DNA from: a virus
Direction: 5' to 3' (one strand)
Length of the DNA: 64,000 nucleotides
IMG/VR virus record: IMGVR_UViG_3300032086_003519
Location: 23,213-87,212 of that record
The notes beneath the pieces were generated by a model. That model did no database searches. It worked only from the letters and a program-made list of their open reading frames with translations, and was not told where the DNA came from. This document shows, in pieces, positions 29,478 to 39,261 of this stretch. The translations under genes and the position numbers were made by a program. The stretch's first letter is position 1, and every line of letters begins with the position of its first letter.

Positions 29478-30688
29478 TAGAATAATTCTTTTATAATCTT
29501 ACCAGAGTTGGCAATCTTCATAGGTCTGCCGTTATTACTGGTAAATGTGGTTGTTAGTGAAATGTCAAGAGCTTTGCATACTGAAGCCATCACATCTTGA
29601 GAAGTGTAAGGTTCTGTATCAACGCGCGTGCCATCTGAATTAGTAGCACCGACAGCAATACCTCCATTCATTCCACCTCCACCAACGACAACGCTCCAAC
29701 TTCGTGCCCAATGGTCACGACCTGCGTTCTGGTTGATTCGAGGAGTTCTACTAAACTCTCCCATCCAAATAATTACTGTGTCTTGTAGAAGTTCTCTCTG
29801 TTCTAGATCTTCAAATAGCGCACTCATACCTTGATCTAACATAGGAAGTTTGTTATCTCTTAATGTAGCATGAATATTCTGATGATTGTCCCATCCGCCA
29901 AGATTAACCTCTATAAACGGCACACCAGCTTCTACTAGCCGTCTAGCCATCAGACAACCTTTACCAAAGTTGTTGTTGCCGTATCTTTCTTTTACATTTT
30001 CTGGTTCGCCTGCAACTTTCAAAGCATCCATCTGTGAGCTTGTCAGTACATTAAATGCTTCCTTTAGAACTGATTGATGTTCTTTTGCTAGTGAGCCTCG
30101 TCTTTGGTTTATAAAATTACTTTCAATTGCATCCAAAGCGTAAGCTCTCTGATAAAATCTCTGATCTACTTTTACATCTAGATTTCTAATTCTACCATCG
30201 CTATTCACGCTAAATGGAGCATATTTAGAACCAAGAAAACCGGCGCCTATACTTCCTCCACCCACAGAAATAAACTTGGGTATAGAAAGATCTGGTCTTG
30301 GCGACTGATGTGAGATTACTGAACCATAACTAGGATGATCTATGCTTGGGTTCGGAACATATCCAGTATGCATATAATAGCGACCACGCATATGGTCAGC
30401 TTCACGAGTACTCATACTTCTAATAATAGCAGCGTTATGCATCTGTTTTGCCATGAGAGGCATATGTTCACATATTTGCACATCTCCAGAGGTATTGATG
30501 GGACGGAAAGGGCCTCCTGTAGGCGCTCCGGGTTTTAAATCCCAGATGTCCATAGTTGAAGGGCCACCGCCCATCCATAGAAGAATGGCGGACTTCCCTT
30601 TCTTTTTAAGTTCATCTTCGTTAGCTTTAACAGTTTCCGCTAATGATAGCGCACTAAAAACCGATGTTAGAAAGGTACGTCTTTGCAT
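29477..30688 (-). CDS. DUF1501-family protein with Tat signal (paralog 1)
   Basis: MQRRTFL; WMGGGPSTMDIWDLKP, ARRLVEAGV, GGWDNH, GEFSRTP, GRDHW. Confidence 0.9.
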   Translation of the reverse strand: MQRRTFLTSVFSALSLAETVKANEDELKKKGKSAILLWMGGGPSTMDIWDLKPGAPTGGPFRPINTSGDVQICEHMPLMAKQMHNAAIIRSMSTREADHMRGRYYMHTGYVPNPSIDHPSYGSVISHQSPRPDLSIPKFISVGGGSIGAGFLGSKYAPFSVNSDGRIRNLDVKVDQRFYQRAYALDAIESNFINQRRGSLAKEHQSVLKEAFNVLTSSQMDALKVAGEPENVKERYGNNNFGKGCLMARRLVEAGVPFIEVNLGGWDNHQNIHATLRDNKLPMLDQGMSALFEDLEQRELLQDTVIIWMGEFSRTPRINQNAGRDHWARSWSVVVGGGGMNGGIAVGATNSDGTRVDTEPYTSQDVMASVCKALDISLTTTFTSNNGRPMKIANSGKIIKELF

Positions 30689-30699
30689 GTCTTCACCTC

Positions 30700-30888
30700 T
30701 TAAATTATAGCATGTTGATCTGAATCAGAGTTTTGAAACTTAGCATAATTTCTATGCCAATCATATTGATGATCTTGGTACGGTGTAGGCTCATCATTAT
30801 TATCATTGTAGGCATAACCGAAATCTTGCTTGAGTGAAGCAGAGCTTCCGCTACCTATGCCCATTGTTAATAAGTCTCCCATAAACAT
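30700..30888 (-). CDS. small hypothetical protein
   Basis: AAGGA RBS; fills gap before DUF1501 gene. Confidence 0.45.
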   Translation of the reverse strand: MFMGDLLTMGIGSGSSASLKQDFGYAYNDNNDEPTPYQDHQYDWHRNYAKFQNSDSDQHAII

Positions 30889-31027
30889 AATATTATTTCC
30901 TTGTTAAAGCTGGTAAATATTTCATTTTTAACTCCTTTAGTAAAGCTTGAGCGCCCGATAAATTCCTTTTTAGCGAACGCCCAAACTGATTCCGATGGCG
31001 CCTCTCGCCGTTGGGTCGAGATCGAAA

Positions 31028-31222
31028 TTAACTAATGCATTTGGGGCATTTACATACCTCTGCCTTACAAATGCAGTTTGTTTCTGGACACGGACACTCA
31101 TCTACACAAATTTCACAAATTGTTGGTTGGTCGCTATTAAACATCTCCTTTATCTCCTCTTTGTTAATTAAGCATAACGCTGCAACTATAATAATTGCTA
31201 CTAGCGGAAGTTTGATCTTCAT
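31028..31222 (-). CDS. signal-anchored Cys-rich (metallothionein-like) peptide
   Basis: strong RBS GAGGGGGTGATC; hydrophobic N-terminus; 10 Cys in the last 29 aa. Confidence 0.65.
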   Translation of the reverse strand: MKIKLPLVAIIIVAALCLINKEEIKEMFNSDQPTICEICVDECPCPETNCICKAEVCKCPKCIS

Positions 31223-31240
31223 ATGACGATCACCCCCTCT

Positions 31241-32539
31241 CTAAATAATAAGGTCTTGTCGAACTGTACCACCGTCCACAATTTCTATAGGACGATCTCC
31301 CGGAGCCATAAGCTCCTTATCGGAAACGATTCCGATTCTATTGTATATTGTTGCTGCCCAATCTTCTACTGTCATTGGGTTATCTTCTGGTTCACTCGCT
31401 GTAGCATTAGAGCTACCATAAACCATTCCGTTTTTAATACCGCCTCCAGCCATAACTACACTGAAAACCTTTGGCCAGTGGTCACGACCAGCGGTAGCAT
31501 TAATCTTTGGTGTACGACCAAACTCGGAAGCCAAACAAACCAGCGTGGAGTCAAGCATACCTCTATCACTAAGATCTTCAATAAGGGCCGCAAGTCCTTG
31601 ATCTAGTGCTGGCACTTGTCCACGAATACCATTTTCTATATTGTCGTGCATATCCCATCCACCATAGGTGAGTGTGACGAAGCGAGTTCCAGCTTCTACT
31701 AAACGGCGAGCTAATAACATGCGAGCGCCAGCAGTATTTCTGCCATACTTGTCTCGCATCGCATCGCTTTCTTTGTTAATATCAAAAGCATCTCTGGCTT
31801 TTTCACTGCTAATCAAACTATAAGCACGATCATAAAAGCTATCTACGGCATCCAGAGAGTCTGACTTTTCTTTGGTAGCAAAGTAATCGTTGACTGCACT
31901 AAGCATTTTTCTTCTTGTTCCAAACCTATTATCATTCACACTGTCGGGCAGTCTGAGATCTCGAACCTGAAATCCATCACTAGCAGGGTCTGAACCTAAG
32001 CTGAAACCTGAGAATGAGCTACTTAAATATCCAGTACCTGCATATTCATTAGGTTGGTTTGGGATGCAGACGTATGGAGGAAGGTTTTGACGAGGCCCAA
32101 ACTCATGTGCCACCACTGAACCCATTGATGGGTATTGAAGGGCTGGGCTAGGTCTATAGCCAGTAAACATATTATGTGTGCCTCGTTCATGAGCTGCTTC
32201 TCCATGTGTCATACTGCGAATAATCGTCATCTTGTCTGTAACTTTGGACGTTTTGACCATCATCTCATTTAATCTAGTTCCGGGAACTACGGTTTCAATG
32301 CTAGACATTGGCCCCCTGTATTCAAGAGGAGCAAAAGGTTTAGGATCAAATGTCTCTTGATGAGCTGAACCTCCCGGCAAATAGATATAAATAACAGACT
32401 TTGCTGGCCCCTCAATGCTTTCATAAAACTTCTGGTCAGCTTGAGCTTGCTCCATGCGGAAATAATCCGATAGACTCAAACCCAAGCCACCCAAAAAACC
32501 AACTTGCAGAAAAGATCTGCGATTACTTTTGCAATTCAT
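31241..32539 (-). CDS. DUF1501-family protein with Tat signal (paralog 2)
   Basis: start MNCKSNRRSFLQVG (AAGGA RBS); YLPGGSAHQETFDPKP, ARRLVEAG, GGWDMH, SEFGRTP, GRDHW. Confidence 0.9.
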   Translation of the reverse strand: MNCKSNRRSFLQVGFLGGLGLSLSDYFRMEQAQADQKFYESIEGPAKSVIYIYLPGGSAHQETFDPKPFAPLEYRGPMSSIETVVPGTRLNEMMVKTSKVTDKMTIIRSMTHGEAAHERGTHNMFTGYRPSPALQYPSMGSVVAHEFGPRQNLPPYVCIPNQPNEYAGTGYLSSSFSGFSLGSDPASDGFQVRDLRLPDSVNDNRFGTRRKMLSAVNDYFATKEKSDSLDAVDSFYDRAYSLISSEKARDAFDINKESDAMRDKYGRNTAGARMLLARRLVEAGTRFVTLTYGGWDMHDNIENGIRGQVPALDQGLAALIEDLSDRGMLDSTLVCLASEFGRTPKINATAGRDHWPKVFSVVMAGGGIKNGMVYGSSNATASEPEDNPMTVEDWAATIYNRIGIVSDKELMAPGDRPIEIVDGGTVRQDLII

Positions 32540-32549
32540 AAAATTTCCT

Positions 32550-33461
32550 TTACCACATTCTGCAAGACCAGTACCGAGCTTTCCATTTTGGGCCCGGAGC
32601 TGTATCACATTTGTGTCTTGCTCTAAAACTTCTTCTTCTTTCAGGGTTATCCCTTTTAATTTCCATATTAGGATCGCCAAATCTAACAATAACAACTTTA
32701 CCAGATCCATTCTTAGTATAAACTGCAAATTTCTTTGGCCCATCAGGGGTTCTAAAAGGCTTATTTAAAGTGACTTTTCTACCTTGATATTCTGCCGCTT
32801 TGGACTTTCTTGGATGTCCTTTTGGAAGAAGGTCATTATCCTGCGTGTATCCAGAATTAGAAGGTTTACCAGTTCTGAGTAATGTCAAAAAGGCATTTAC
32901 TCTAGCCATAGCCCATCCATCTCTAGACATTTTTGGCGCATGACTTGTTGAGTAGGCTCCAGCCCCTCTACGATACACAGCTTTAAGCATACCAAGAGTT
33001 GCTTTTGATCCTTTGCCTTTAGCATTATGCTCTTTCACTTTCTTAGACAGTCTTTCGGTGGTCTTTTTACTAAAAGTGATTTTACCACTTGGGTTCTTTG
33101 CACTATCAGGCTTGTTTCTTTTTGAGCCTCTCTTCTGATCTTTTTTTGGTGCGGGAGTTCTACGGGGATCTCTAGGGCCCGGTTTGTCAGACTGAGCTTT
33201 CTTAAGCTCCTCTTGACTAGGACGACCTTCTTTTTCAGTGCGAGCAGGACGGTAGCTATCTCCTTCTCTCTGCTTTTTCCTCCTAATATTTTCCCAAAGT
33301 CCGGGCTTAGCTTGTGAAACATCCCATTCTTCAGTATCTTCACCAAAATCTACATACTCAGCTTCAGCAGGAATATAAAAGTTTTCCTCTGTAAGATCTT
33401 CTGTATATCCAGTTTCATTTAAGTACTCATTAAATGCGCTTGCGTAATCTTCTTTTTTCAT
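32550..33461 (-). CDS. acidic-then-basic modular phage protein
   Basis: modules PGLWENIRRK; LKAVYRRGAGAY..WAMARVNAFL; FGDPNM..SFRARHKC..ARYWSC. Confidence 0.6.
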   Translation of the reverse strand: MKKEDYASAFNEYLNETGYTEDLTEENFYIPAEAEYVDFGEDTEEWDVSQAKPGLWENIRRKKQREGDSYRPARTEKEGRPSQEELKKAQSDKPGPRDPRRTPAPKKDQKRGSKRNKPDSAKNPSGKITFSKKTTERLSKKVKEHNAKGKGSKATLGMLKAVYRRGAGAYSTSHAPKMSRDGWAMARVNAFLTLLRTGKPSNSGYTQDNDLLPKGHPRKSKAAEYQGRKVTLNKPFRTPDGPKKFAVYTKNGSGKVVIVRFGDPNMEIKRDNPERRRSFRARHKCDTAPGPKWKARYWSCRMW

Positions 33462-34717
33462 TATAATATTACCTTTCCTTCACCTTCTAGCAGGTATCTT
33501 GGTCTGCCAGAGTTATCAACTCTCTGTGTGCCTTTATCTATTCCAAAATGATCAAATAGGGTTGCCTGTAAATCCAAAGGCCCAACAGGTCTTTCTGTAG
33601 GACTGTAAGATCTATCAGCCTCTCCGATGGTTCTTCCTGCTGCATACTCTCCACCGAACATAAACATCGGCGTGATTGATGGCCAGTGGTCACGACCGGC
33701 ATTTGCATTAATTTTAGTTCTTCCAAATTCGCCAGTTACTACCAATAATACTTTATCACCTAAACCTCTATCGGACACATCCTGTATAAAGCCTGCAATA
33801 GCTTTATCGACAGGAGGCACTCTTGTCTTTAGGGCATTTGATACATTGCTATGCATGTCCCATCCGCCATAATGAAGCGTAACAAATCTTGTTCCGTATT
33901 CTACAAGACGACGAGCAAGAAGAAGTTGTTCACCAATATCTTTTGCTTTAGTTGACCCATAGAGAGCTTTTGTTTTTTCATTCTCTTTTTCTACTGCAAA
34001 TGCGTCTTTTGCAGATCCTAATATTACATCGTATGCTTGCCCCTTGTAAAAGTCTACTGAGTTGGCGCTTCTGCTTGCGACTGCGGCGGCATCAAGTCCT
34101 TTGAGCAGGTCTTTTCTTGTAGAGAATCTATCAAGTTCGACTCTTGGGGTAAGGTTGTCTTTATTGGATGGATCGAAAGGTTTATATGCTCCACCGAGCC
34201 AAGCACCTTCATCACCTTCGATTTTACCTTGCTTAACATATGTTGGTACTCCATTTTCTTGGTTGTTAGCTCCATAACATGCAGATACAATAGATCCGAA
34301 TGAGGGGTACTTTGCCATAGAAGTGGTGGTTCTTTCTGGATTATACTGTCCGGTCATCATAAAATGAGTCCCTTGTCTATGAGAGGAATCTCTGTGACTA
34401 AAGGAATTTACCACATTCATTTTGCCGGTATGTTTAGCTAGTTCTGTCCAGTCAGCACCTAAATTTATGTTCGTTTTAACATCATAAATAGAACCGTTTA
34501 CTGCTTGCCATTCGGTAGGCACAGTGTCTGTAGGAGCGTGAAATGTTTCAAACTGTGTTGGCCCTCCTCCAAGCCATAACCAAACAACTGCCTTATCTTC
34601 ATATGCATCAAAACCTTCTTGAGAAAACGCTTTGTCGGAAAGTCCGATAGAACTCATAGCTGCGCTGATGCCACCTACCCTTAAAAAGTTTCTTCGATTG
34701 AAAATAAAGTCTAACAT
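33461..34717 (-). CDS. DUF1501-family protein with Tat signal (paralog 3)
   Basis: FNRRNFLRVG; WLGGGPTQFETF, ARRLVEYG, GGWDMH, GEFGRT, GRDHW. Confidence 0.9.
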   Translation of the reverse strand: MLDFIFNRRNFLRVGGISAAMSSIGLSDKAFSQEGFDAYEDKAVVWLWLGGGPTQFETFHAPTDTVPTEWQAVNGSIYDVKTNINLGADWTELAKHTGKMNVVNSFSHRDSSHRQGTHFMMTGQYNPERTTTSMAKYPSFGSIVSACYGANNQENGVPTYVKQGKIEGDEGAWLGGAYKPFDPSNKDNLTPRVELDRFSTRKDLLKGLDAAAVASRSANSVDFYKGQAYDVILGSAKDAFAVEKENEKTKALYGSTKAKDIGEQLLLARRLVEYGTRFVTLHYGGWDMHSNVSNALKTRVPPVDKAIAGFIQDVSDRGLGDKVLLVVTGEFGRTKINANAGRDHWPSITPMFMFGGEYAAGRTIGEADRSYSPTERPVGPLDLQATLFDHFGIDKGTQRVDNSGRPRYLLEGEGKVIL

Positions 34718-34727
34718 TTTGGTCTCC

Positions 34728-35753
34728 TTAATAAGTTGTTGATTGTGTTTTTGTGACTATTGATCCATTTGTGTATGGCATGTAGTCATTGTTGTCATTT
34801 GTATAAGAGAAAGACATTTCTACATTGCCTCCTCCTGTATCTCCACCCGAAAATCCAACGCCTGTACAATAATTCTTTGACCCCAAATCAAAAATTATAT
34901 TATCAAATTTCAGGACTATTTGCCGATCAGGAGTTGGAAATGTGCCCATAAAAATATTGTTGTTGTCTGATATTAGTATATCTTGTTGGACTGACTTTCT
35001 AGCTATTGCGCTGATTTCACAAGTAACTTCAACAGGCGTTTCTACGTACTTATATTTGTTTTGCTCGCTTGGATTGGTGCCCTGATTTGAACCTCTCCAA
35101 AAACCCGTATCGGCAAGTTCAGAGTAGCTGACCGAAAGACTAATTCCTATTGATTGTATAACCCTAACTTTTATATTATCATCTACTGTTAGTATGGCTG
35201 CGTCAACCTCAGTTGGAAATATACTGTTTTCTGTGTCGAAGTTTTGCTTTCTCATAAGAGTTCCAGACTCTCCAAGAGCCGGAATAGAACCGGCAGACTG
35301 CTTCGTCAGGTTATTGGTAACGAGGGTAATACTTTCAGTAAATATACCATCAACAGAGAAGTTATACGAAATCTCTGTAACCAAACAATATTCAAACTTT
35401 ACTGAATCGACAGAACCACTTATGGTCGTATCATCACCATAAGTCAAACCAATTTCATATTCTTTTAATCCAGTCCAGCCAGCTATACCTAGATTGGAAT
35501 TTTTTAGAAGATAAGAGTCTTCATAATTGCCAGTTCCTATAGTATAGAAAGGCGTATCACCAGATCTTAGATGTCGTTCTATTGTTATTGTCACTTCTGG
35601 CTTGTTGTATCTATCTCCAAAAGCCTGAGATCTTCCGGTATCAAGTATAGCTTCAGCGTCAGCGCTATAGTCAACGCCAACGCTTTGGACGTTCTTTAAG
35701 TACGTGCCATCAACGAAGACCGCCTGACACGCATAAAAAACTCTGTTACCCAT
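34728..35753 (-). CDS. putative virion structural protein (tail-tube-like)
   Basis: NRVFYACQAV..VQSVG N-terminus; beta-rich, S/T/G-rich; GGDTGGGN near C-terminus. Confidence 0.5.
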   Translation of the reverse strand: MGNRVFYACQAVFVDGTYLKNVQSVGVDYSADAEAILDTGRSQAFGDRYNKPEVTITIERHLRSGDTPFYTIGTGNYEDSYLLKNSNLGIAGWTGLKEYEIGLTYGDDTTISGSVDSVKFEYCLVTEISYNFSVDGIFTESITLVTNNLTKQSAGSIPALGESGTLMRKQNFDTENSIFPTEVDAAILTVDDNIKVRVIQSIGISLSVSYSELADTGFWRGSNQGTNPSEQNKYKYVETPVEVTCEISAIARKSVQQDILISDNNNIFMGTFPTPDRQIVLKFDNIIFDLGSKNYCTGVGFSGGDTGGGNVEMSFSYTNDNNDYMPYTNGSIVTKTQSTTY

Positions 35754-35767
35754 AGTAAGTACCTTTA

Positions 35768-36784
35768 TTAAAAGTCGTCAACTAAATTTCCTACAGAATA
35801 CTCAGTGACTCTAGTCTCGAAAAAGTTCTTGCATTTTTCCAGATCAATGATCTCGCTCATCCAAGGAAATGGGTTCTGTGCATTTCCATAAGGTGATGGT
35901 AAATTTAAATTGGTTAATCTTCTGTCAGCAATAAACTGAACATAATCAATAAACATATCTGCGTTTAATCCTAAGATACCATTTGGTAGAACATCTCTAG
36001 CATATGCTAACTCTAGCTCCATAGCTGTATCAATATGCTCGATGGTTTCTTTTTCCATTGCTTTTGTCCAGATCTTAGGATTGTCTTCTCTCAATCTATT
36101 AATAAGAGTTGTCCCAAAGTTGATGTGGATACTCTCATCACGAAGTGTGTATTGAATTTGCTCTCCAATTCCCGGCAGTTTGTTTTGCCTATTAAATGAA
36201 AGGAGCATAGCAAAGCCAGAGAAGAAGAAAATCCCTTCACAGATAACATAATAAGTAATAATATTACGAAGGAATTCCCTTTTCCCCTCCAGCGTATTTA
36301 TATTAAAATCAGGGCGATTGATGTCAGTTGTAATGTTCATCAAGAACTCGTCTTTGGCCTTGATACTCGGAATTGAATTATATGCCTGATAAACTTCATC
36401 AATATCTAAGTTCAAAGAGTCACAAACATAAACCACAGTAAGGTTGTGGAGGCTTTCCTCATATGCTTGACGCAGAATATATTGGCGACATTCTGGATCT
36501 GTTACAAACTTGAATACACTGAGAAGCAAGTTATTGGCAACCAAAGATTCTGATCCAGCAAAGAACCCTAAGCATCTCTTCACAACTAATCTTTCATCTT
36601 CGGATAGAGAGTTAGATTTCCACTGTTCAATGTCTTTTGCCATAGAGACCTCTGTAGGCATCCAATTGTTAGCGGCTCCGTCGATGAATAAATCCCATGC
36701 CCATTTGTTTGTATGCGGCAAGATTTGATTCACAGTGGCTACTTTATCTGATATAATTTCTTTGCTTTTTTTCATTATTGACAA
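35768..36784 (-). CDS. nrdB: ribonucleotide reductase class Ia beta subunit
   Basis: NNWMPTEV, YEESLH, EGIFFFSGF, RDESIH, NFFETRVTEY. Confidence 0.95.
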   Translation of the reverse strand: MSIMKKSKEIISDKVATVNQILPHTNKWAWDLFIDGAANNWMPTEVSMAKDIEQWKSNSLSEDERLVVKRCLGFFAGSESLVANNLLLSVFKFVTDPECRQYILRQAYEESLHNLTVVYVCDSLNLDIDEVYQAYNSIPSIKAKDEFLMNITTDINRPDFNINTLEGKREFLRNIITYYVICEGIFFFSGFAMLLSFNRQNKLPGIGEQIQYTLRDESIHINFGTTLINRLREDNPKIWTKAMEKETIEHIDTAMELELAYARDVLPNGILGLNADMFIDYVQFIADRRLTNLNLPSPYGNAQNPFPWMSEIIDLEKCKNFFETRVTEYSVGNLVDDF

Positions 36785-39225
36785 CTCTCACATCCGGGAT
36801 CTAAAATAGAACATGCCTTAATTTCTTCTGCTTGTGGCTCTTCGGTTGACTTAAAACTAACAGTTGATTTCTCAACGCGAGTGGCGGCTTTGCCTCTCAA
36901 GTAATATGTAGTTTTTAATCCGTTTTCCCAAGCACAAAAATATAAGTCATTCAAAAACTTAAGACTGTCATGTTTGTTGTAAAGATTAAGCGATTGTCCC
37001 ATATCAATCCACTTCTGTCTTTCAGCCGCAGCCTTAATTAAAATTTCTGGTTCAATATCAAAAGCAGTAATAAACTCTCTCTGAATATCTTCATCCAGAT
37101 CAACCGCCATAACGTCTCCGTCAGCAGTTTTTAGAGCATCTACTAGCTCTTGACACCAAATACCCTTCTTCTTAGCCATTGCAACAAAATGTTCATTGAC
37201 CATAGTAAACTCTCCACTAAGTGTTGAGTACACATAAAGAACCGAGTAATCTGGCTCAATAGACTGCGAACAACCCTGAATATATGAGATGGTTGCGGTA
37301 GGAGCGATTGCCATGACATTACTATTACGCATACCATGTTTTCTCACTAATTCCCTAACCTCATCCCATTCTTCTACAAAGTTCTCGAAGTCCTCTTTCT
37401 TATACACATTATCTGACCTGTGAGTCTCTCTCTGATTCATTAAATCACAATAAGTATCTATAGGAAAATTACCTTTATCCCATTCGGAACCCTCAAAAGA
37501 GGGGTATGCGCCTTTTTCCTTAGCTAATAATGCTGACGTTTTGATCGCATGTAAAGAAATAAATTCTTGTATTTTCCCGCACAGTATGACTGCATCTTGA
37601 GAATTATACGGTATTCCTAGCTTGTGTAACACATCATGAGTACCCATAATACCAAGCCCTACAGGTCTGTGTTTCAGGTTTGACTTTTTGGCTTCTTTTG
37701 TAGGGTAGAAGTTTAGATTTACAACATTGTCTAAGCCTCTAACTGCCACCTCTACGGTTTTCTGTAGCTTTTTCCAATCAATAGTTCTAACTTTTAAGTG
37801 CGATGATAGATTGATACTGGCGAGATTACAGACTGCTGTTTCACCTACCTCGACAATTTCACCTTCTTCATAAACTGTAGGTTTGGTGTGCAGTAAAATC
37901 TCAGTACACAGATTAGAAGAATGGACTACACCCTCATGTTTATTAGAATATCTTATATTAGATGGGTCTTTAAAGGTGATCCAAGGATGTCCAGTTTCAT
38001 AAAGCGCAGTAAGAACTTTCTTCCAAAGGTCTTTAGCATTAATAGTTCTATAATTATTTATTTCTCCATTGTCTGCGGCTTTCTTATATTTTCTATAAAC
38101 CTTAGTAAACTCTTTGCCGTAGGTATCGTGTAACTCTGGACATTCTGCTGGATCAAACAAATACCAATCTTGGTTTTTTGTGACAGCTACCATAAAGTCA
38201 TCTGGAATCCATAAGGCAGTATTCATGTCGTGACAACGACGGCGATCATCTCCAGTATTTTTTCTAAGGTCTAAGAAGTCTTCAATGTCTAAATGCCAAG
38301 GTTCAATATAAGAACATCCAGCACCTTTTCTTTTTCCTCCTTGATTGACCGCCACTAATAAGTCATTGAATATTTTTAACCAAGGAACAAGGCCTGTAGA
38401 CTTTCCATTTGTGCCTTTTATGTAGCCGCCTGTAGCTCTTACGCTAGACCAATCAACACCAAGCCCTCCAGCATATTTCGACAATCTAGACTGTCCATGT
38501 AACGTACCAAAGATGCCATCAATTGAATCTCCCACTGTACTCAAATAGCAAGAAGAAAGCTGAGACCGTTTTGTCCCACTGTTAAACAGTGTAGGAGTAG
38601 ATGGAGAATATCTAAACTCTGACATCATATTATATATTTCGAGAGCCTTCTCTTCTTTATTATCCCCCTCTGCAAGACATAGACCCATAGCTACTCGCAT
38701 ATAAAATGCTTGAGGGGTTTCCATTCTCTGTTCATTTAGGTGGATAAAATAGCGATCATAGAGGGTTTGGATGCCCAAGTATTTGAATAGTTTGTCCCTT
38801 GATGGAACCATATTCTCAGCTAGGTAATCAAGATCATAAGAAAGGAGTCTATCACTGAGCCTCTCTTCTTTTACTAACCTTTTGATGTTTTTCACAAAAG
38901 CTTTTTTGTACTGCTCTTCAAAATTTTCACTACCTACGTCTTCGCCAAACACCTCTTTATAAAGATTGTTAAGTAGCATCCTCGCAGCTACATAAGCATA
39001 GTTTGGTTCTTTTTCTATCTTAGAGCGAGCAGATAATATCAGCGCCTTGTTTATTTCTGATGTTGGTATCTTATTGTAGAGTTGCAAACTAGCATCAAGA
39101 ACTACTTCGCTCACAGAAACATCTTCAAGTTCATTACAAGCCCTTTCAACGCACTCATTTATCTTGTCTAAACAAACATCTTCTAGTCTACCGTTGCGTT
39201 TTTTAATTTTTATATCTTGGCTCAT
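36775..39225 (-). CDS. nrdA: ribonucleotide reductase class Ia alpha subunit with ATP cone
   Basis: IKKRNG ATP cone, PSTPTLFNSG, QLSSC, SNLCTEI, CNLASINL, APTATIS, KTTYYLR, C-terminal CxxC. Confidence 0.96.
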   Translation of the reverse strand: MSQDIKIKKRNGRLEDVCLDKINECVERACNELEDVSVSEVVLDASLQLYNKIPTSEINKALILSARSKIEKEPNYAYVAARMLLNNLYKEVFGEDVGSENFEEQYKKAFVKNIKRLVKEERLSDRLLSYDLDYLAENMVPSRDKLFKYLGIQTLYDRYFIHLNEQRMETPQAFYMRVAMGLCLAEGDNKEEKALEIYNMMSEFRYSPSTPTLFNSGTKRSQLSSCYLSTVGDSIDGIFGTLHGQSRLSKYAGGLGVDWSSVRATGGYIKGTNGKSTGLVPWLKIFNDLLVAVNQGGKRKGAGCSYIEPWHLDIEDFLDLRKNTGDDRRRCHDMNTALWIPDDFMVAVTKNQDWYLFDPAECPELHDTYGKEFTKVYRKYKKAADNGEINNYRTINAKDLWKKVLTALYETGHPWITFKDPSNIRYSNKHEGVVHSSNLCTEILLHTKPTVYEEGEIVEVGETAVCNLASINLSSHLKVRTIDWKKLQKTVEVAVRGLDNVVNLNFYPTKEAKKSNLKHRPVGLGIMGTHDVLHKLGIPYNSQDAVILCGKIQEFISLHAIKTSALLAKEKGAYPSFEGSEWDKGNFPIDTYCDLMNQRETHRSDNVYKKEDFENFVEEWDEVRELVRKHGMRNSNVMAIAPTATISYIQGCSQSIEPDYSVLYVYSTLSGEFTMVNEHFVAMAKKKGIWCQELVDALKTADGDVMAVDLDEDIQREFITAFDIEPEILIKAAAERQKWIDMGQSLNLYNKHDSLKFLNDLYFCAWENGLKTTYYLRGKAATRVEKSTVSFKSTEEPQAEEIKACSILDPGCESCQ

Positions 39226-39261
39226 AAGTCTCACTGGAATCAAAGGTTAGTGTAAGTGTAT

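Noticed and set aside
32540-32743. N-terminal extension of the 500-aa DUF1501 ORF
   Set aside because: Overlaps the upstream gene; RBS and Tat motif place the start at 32539
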